Assembly (NCBI GenBank): GCA_965223005.1
Contig: CBDCVK010000002.1
Location: 64,001-128,000 of the forward strand
Direction: 5' to 3'
Source of the DNA: Terriglobia bacterium
GTDB lineage: Bacteria; Acidobacteriota; Terriglobia; JAJPHL01; JAPKYU01
Length of the DNA: 64,000 nt
In this document: piece after piece, positions 59,714 through 64,000 of the stretch
Layout of the letters: every line of letters begins with the position of its first letter
Numbering within the stretch: the first letter of the stretch is position 1
Notes under the pieces: model-generated
The model's database searches: none
Told to the model about the DNA's origin: nothing
Seen by the model: only the letters and a program-made list of their open reading frames with translations
Translations under genes and position numbers: made by a program

Positions 59714-61222
59714 GTGGATTCTCCAACTGGGTTCGGCACTTTGAATTACGTGGTCCTGTTTACCTATCTGGCCATGATGGTCAGCGTCGGAGCCCTGTTC
59801 GCCAGGAAACAGAAGACGAGCGAAGATTACTTCCTGGCAGGCCGCAGGATGCCATGGCTGGTGGTAGGCATGAGCATGTTTGCCTCCATCACGAGTGCCA
59901 TTTCCTACATGGGAATTCCAGGGACGGCGTACAGAGAGAATATCGCGCTCCTCATGGTAGCGTTTCTCGCCCCGATTGTCGCTCCGATTCTGATCTTCGT
60001 CTTCTATCCCTTCTATCGTCTCTTGAACGTGACGACCTCATACGAGTATGTGCTGCAGCGCTATGGGCAACCGGCCCGGCTGACGGTCTCTGGCCTTTTC
60101 GTACTGGCCCGGGTAGGGTGGCTTGGCGCAGTTATCTATGCGCCGGCTCTGGCGCTTTCCACCGTCACCGCGATTCCGCTTTGGTTGGCGATTTTCCTGA
60201 TGGGAATTCTTGCCACCGCTTACACTGCATTGGGCGGCCTTTCCGCTGTGTTATGGACGGATCTCGTGCAGTTTCTGGTCCTGGTTGGGGGAGCCTTGTG
60301 GGTGGCCCTCACCCTGACGGCTTCGGTCCCTGGTGGCCTGGCTTCCATATGGGAGATCGCTCGGACGACAGATCACGTGCGCGTCATCGACTGGAGGTTC
60401 AGCCTCACGGAAATGACAGGAATCGCCGTGCTCGTTTCCTATTTCTTCCAACTCATGCACGATTACGGCGCCGACCAAGTCACCGTGCAACGACTCCTGG
60501 CGGTGAAGACGTTTCGCGGCATGGCCAAGGCCACCATTTTCTTTGCTGTGGCCGAACTGTTCATGGTGAGCTTGCTGCTCTACGTGGGCCTTGGGCTGTT
60601 CGCCTACTTCCAAACGTTTCCTTCTGAACTGGCGGCAGGAATCACCGGCGACCGGGTGCTCCCTTACTACATCATACACGCGCTTCCGCAGGGCGTTTCC
60701 GGTCTGTTGATCACTGCAATCTTTGCGGCCGCGATGTCCAGCGTGGATTCGGGGATCAATTCCGTGGCGACCGTTCTCATCAACGACTTCGTTCGCCCGC
60801 TACGCACCAGGGCGCGTAGCGAGCAGCATGATGTAAAACTCGCTCGGCTTCTGACCCTGCTCCTCGGAAGCTTTGCGACCGTCGTTGCATTCTATGTCAC
60901 AGGCGTAGGTCAGATTCTCAAGGCTTCGTCTGCGTTTCTGGGTTTGTTTGGCGGGCCGATCCTGGCCTTGTTTCTATTGGGAATGCTCACCAAACGAGTC
61001 AACTTTCGTGGTTGGCTCATCGGCCTGGGGGTCGCCGTCCCCACGACGTTTTGGCTTCAACAAGGGACCGACCTGCATTTCATCTACTACTTCCCAGTCT
61101 GTTTTGGTGGCTGCGCTGGGGTCGGCTACGTCGCCAGTCTGCTCCTCGGCACTACGCACGGCGGACCCCTCGGACGAGCTGAACTCACGCTTTGGGGCCG
61201 GCCTCGACTGTCTGAGACATAG
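59714..61222 (+). CDS. SSS transporter (SiaT-like)
   Basis: DYFLAGRRMPW, SAISYMGIPG, GGLSAVLWTD, DQVTVQR, MSSVDS. Confidence 0.92.
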   Translation: MDSPTGFGTLNYVVLFTYLAMMVSVGALFARKQKTSEDYFLAGRRMPWLVVGMSMFASITSAISYMGIPGTAYRENIALLMVAFLAPIVAPILIFVFYPFYRLLNVTTSYEYVLQRYGQPARLTVSGLFVLARVGWLGAVIYAPALALSTVTAIPLWLAIFLMGILATAYTALGGLSAVLWTDLVQFLVLVGGALWVALTLTASVPGGLASIWEIARTTDHVRVIDWRFSLTEMTGIAVLVSYFFQLMHDYGADQVTVQRLLAVKTFRGMAKATIFFAVAELFMVSLLLYVGLGLFAYFQTFPSELAAGITGDRVLPYYIIHALPQGVSGLLITAIFAAAMSSVDSGINSVATVLINDFVRPLRTRARSEQHDVKLARLLTLLLGSFATVVAFYVTGVGQILKASSAFLGLFGGPILALFLLGMLTKRVNFRGWLIGLGVAVPTTFWLQQGTDLHFIYYFPVCFGGCAGVGYVASLLLGTTHGGPLGRAELTLWGRPRLSET

Positions 61223-61432
61223 GCCCAGGCGTCCTTGCTTGGTTTGCTTTGAGCCGGTTGCTTTGAACTGATTGCATTGAGTTGGCTGCTTTGATTTCGC
61301 TAAGCTTCCGGAGATAAGATCTACAGGTCGGCCCGCAGAAACGCAATTTGCAGGGCTGGGGTCGGAGCAACAGAGAACCTTAAGATCGGTTACCGAGGTT
61401 TGCAAGCATATCGACTGCACAGAGGTGCCTCC

Positions 61433-62605
61433 ATGCCAGGAACAATGAGTCGGCGCCAGGTATTGGGCGCGGGTATTGCAGCGGGGCTGGTGTTGGGGCT
61501 AAAGCGGCACGGTGTTGCGGTGCCGCGAGTCCAGGTCGATCCCAATAGCGTCATCAGCCTGCAGCCGGACCTGTACCACGGTTGGCCTACGATAACTCGT
61601 CGCCGCAACGGCGAGCTGCTGCTGGTCTATTCCGGGGGGCGCGAGGCACACGTGTGTCCGTTCGGGCGGGTGGAGTTAATGCGGTCCAAGGACGAGGGGC
61701 ATACCTGGAGTTGGCCATGCGTGCTGTGGGACAGCGCCATCGACGATCGCGATGCAGGAGTACTGGAAACCGCCAAGGGCACGATCCTAGTGACGACTTT
61801 CACCTTCCTGGGGTATGAATCGATCTTGAGACAAGCGGAGAAGATGGAACCCTCTCAGAAGGGTGCGTGGTCCAGAGAAAAACTCCGACGCTGGCGGGCA
61901 GCACTACGGCGCCTGGACGCGGCACAGCGCGAAGCCCTATTGGGTGGTTGGATGATCCGTTCAGTTGACGGCGGCGGCAGCTGGTCGGCGCCATATCGCT
62001 GCCCAGTCAACAGTCCTCACGGACCCATTCAGCTTTCCGACGGCCGCCAACTTTATGCCGGCAAGCAGATGGGCTACGGCACGGGGCGGATCGGCGTATG
62101 CGAGTCCACCAACGACGGGCAAACCTGGCGTTGGCTGGCAGAAATCCCTACCCGAGCCGGAGATAGCCGCAAGCACTATCACGAACTGCACGCTGTTGAA
62201 GCGGCCGAAGGTCGGCTGATCCTCCACATCCGCAACCAAAACCAAGCCAACGACAGGGAAACACTTCAAAGCGAATCGTCTGACGGAGGCAAGACCTGGT
62301 CAGTCCCACACCCCATCGGCGTATGGGGGCTGCCATCTCACTTGCTGCGGCTGAAGGATGGGCGGCTGCTGATGAGCTATGGCCACCGCCGCCCACCACT
62401 GGGCAATCAGACTCGTCTGAGCGAAGACCATGGTCGCACCTGGTCGGAGCCAATGATCATTTCCGACGACGGCACGTCCACCGACCTGGGTTATCCATCT
62501 ACCGTGCAGCTTGACGATGGCTCGTTACTCACCGTGTGGTACGAGCTGATGGAAGGGTCGCCAAAAGCGCTGCTCCGGCAGGCACGATGGCGAATAGCAG
62601 GCTGA
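61433..62605 (+). CDS. Tat-exported BNR/sialidase-family protein
   Basis: MSRRQVL Tat leader; five Asp boxes; YHGWPT and DLGYPST motifs. Confidence 0.88.
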   Translation: MPGTMSRRQVLGAGIAAGLVLGLKRHGVAVPRVQVDPNSVISLQPDLYHGWPTITRRRNGELLLVYSGGREAHVCPFGRVELMRSKDEGHTWSWPCVLWDSAIDDRDAGVLETAKGTILVTTFTFLGYESILRQAEKMEPSQKGAWSREKLRRWRAALRRLDAAQREALLGGWMIRSVDGGGSWSAPYRCPVNSPHGPIQLSDGRQLYAGKQMGYGTGRIGVCESTNDGQTWRWLAEIPTRAGDSRKHYHELHAVEAAEGRLILHIRNQNQANDRETLQSESSDGGKTWSVPHPIGVWGLPSHLLRLKDGRLLMSYGHRRPPLGNQTRLSEDHGRTWSEPMIISDDGTSTDLGYPSTVQLDDGSLLTVWYELMEGSPKALLRQARWRIAG

Positions 62606-62646
62606 CCCGCCAACTTTCCGTCTCAGCATGTATTCGTGAGCCTGAT

Positions 62647-63242
62647 TTATTTGAGCCGATCGGATCCATCGGTCAGCCACGCCAAGTTGAACCGGGCGAA
62701 CGTTATCTTCCCGTAAGGGTGTTCCCGGCCACGCTCGTACAAGCATCCGATGGTATTGTCGGGAAGCACGGTCAATCCCGAGTAAGCGGACTGCACTTCG
62801 TTGAGCAACTTGCCCACTGGCCAGGTCTTGCCTTCGTCGTAGCTCATGCGCACCGTCATTTTGACCCGGTCGTCCTTGCTGGCGGGATCGGAGAACAGCA
62901 AGCGGTCTTTGTCGTGCGTCTTTGCGTGAGTGTAGCGGGCGTGAGTGTAGCGAAGGAAGCTGGCCTGGCAGGTCGGCTCAATCAGCGTCTCATCGAACTG
63001 GAGGTCGGTCCATGTCTGGCCGCCGTCCCGGCTCCGGGCGGTGGCGCGCTTGCCTCCTTTTTCGGGCTGATTTCCATCGTGCTCCCAGTAGTTGCGCATG
63101 TTCACGAGCAGCGATCCGTCGGCTGCTCCAGGAGCGGCCCCTCGGCCAGAAGCGGCCTCTCGGGAGGTAGGGCCCCGGCTGCTAGCAAAACTACCGCTGC
63201 CAAGACGATGCACCAACGAATCGCTTTTCTCATCCTGCTCAT
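62647..63242 (-). pseudogene. sialidase with large internal deletion (signal peptide plus C-terminal part)
   Basis: ATG at 63242 gives MSRMRKAIRWCIVLAAVVLL...EGPLLEQ, joined out of frame to ADGSLLVNMR...SAYSGL...CLYERG. Confidence 0.8.
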
Positions 63243-63370
63243 GAGCTCACCTTTCCGGTGCGCATACTTGATCAATTGAGAAACGGAGGTCTAGCGGTGG
63301 GCTTGTCTAGGGACCATGAAATCCAGAAAGGGCCTGACCCCAAGCGTCCGAGGTCTTGTGAAGCTGGCTT

Positions 63371-64000
63371 TTACGCCAGAACCGGTTTCACCACTTTGGC
63401 AGGCTCGACGCCGGTCAGCTTCGCCTCCAGCCCCTGGTGCCTGTAGGTGAACCGTTCGTGGTCAATGCCGAACAGGTGCAGGAGCGTCGCCTGGAAGTCG
63501 CGAACGTGGACGGGGTCCCTGACGATGTTGTAGGAGAAATCGTCCGTTTCGCCGTAGACGACTCCGCCCCTGATGCCGGCGCCTGCCATCCAGATGCTGA
63601 AGCAGCGCGGATGATGGTCGCGGCCGTAGTCGGTGAGCGTGAGCTTACCTTGGGAGTAGACCGTACGGCCGAACTCGCCGCCCCACACCACCAGCGTGTC
63701 GTCAAACAGGCCGCGCTCCTTCAGGTCCTGCACCAGCGCCCAGCAGGGCTGATCGACAGCCCTGCACTGGCCCGGCAGCACTTCAGGCACATTCCTGTGC
63801 ACGTCCCAACCGCGATGGTAGATCTGCACGAAACGCACGCCGCGTTCAATCAGCCGCCGCGCCATCAGTAAGCTATAGGCGACCGTACCCGCCTCCCGCG
63901 CATCTTCTCCATAGCGCTTGTAGGTGCTCTCCGGCTCGCTGGCAAGGTCACTCATCTCCGGCACCGACGCTTGCATCCGGAAGGCCATCTCGAACTGCTC
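63371..64000 (-). CDS. DUF1501 domain protein (5' part outside the window)
   Basis: [28 protein letters not shown]. Confidence 0.9.
   Translation of the reverse strand, partial: EQFEMAFRMQASVPEMSDLASEPESTYKRYGEDAREAGTVAYSLLMARRLIERGVRFVQIYHRGWDVHRNVPEVLPGQCRAVDQPCWALVQDLKERGLFDDTLVVWGGEFGRTVYSQGKLTLTDYGRDHHPRCFSIWMAGAGIRGGVVYGETDDFSYNIVRDPVHVRDFQATLLHLFGIDHERFTYRHQGLEAKLTGVEPAKVVKPVLA

Overview
A roughly 61% GC (estimated by eye) accessory region, most likely from an Acidobacteriota genome; the signature genes are a TIGR03437-type protein, an Oar-like TonB receptor, CRTAC1/ASPIC-UnbV proteins and DUF1501 plus DUF1549/DUF1553 pairs. From left to right: (1) a decaying c-di-GMP/motility locus with an intact IS3 element and remnants of an integrase, flgM and IS110; (2) a cytochrome c-fused PQQ dehydrogenase with the lanthanide-type WDYDG motif, divergent from gldA; (3) a DUF1553/DUF1501 pair and a TonB-dependent receptor; (4) three paralogous secreted 42-aa TPR proteins with hypervariable repeat positions, one fused to a CRTAC1 domain, plus a stand-alone CRTAC1 gene, all 3' of tRNA-Arg(ACG); (5) an intact IS1182-family element with 15-bp IRs and a CTAG duplication; (6) a second DUF1553/DUF1501 pair and assorted enzymes; (7) two decayed tRNA-Glu 3' fragments flanking an NHL gene, then a phage/ICE-like switch with an XRE repressor and a 21-bp operator palindrome; (8) a sialidase/SSS transporter/aldolase/aminotransferase catabolic cluster. 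Deletion-fused pseudogenes and short tandem micro-duplications recur throughout. No CRISPR array or rRNA was seen. All calls come from manual motif recognition; no database searches were run.
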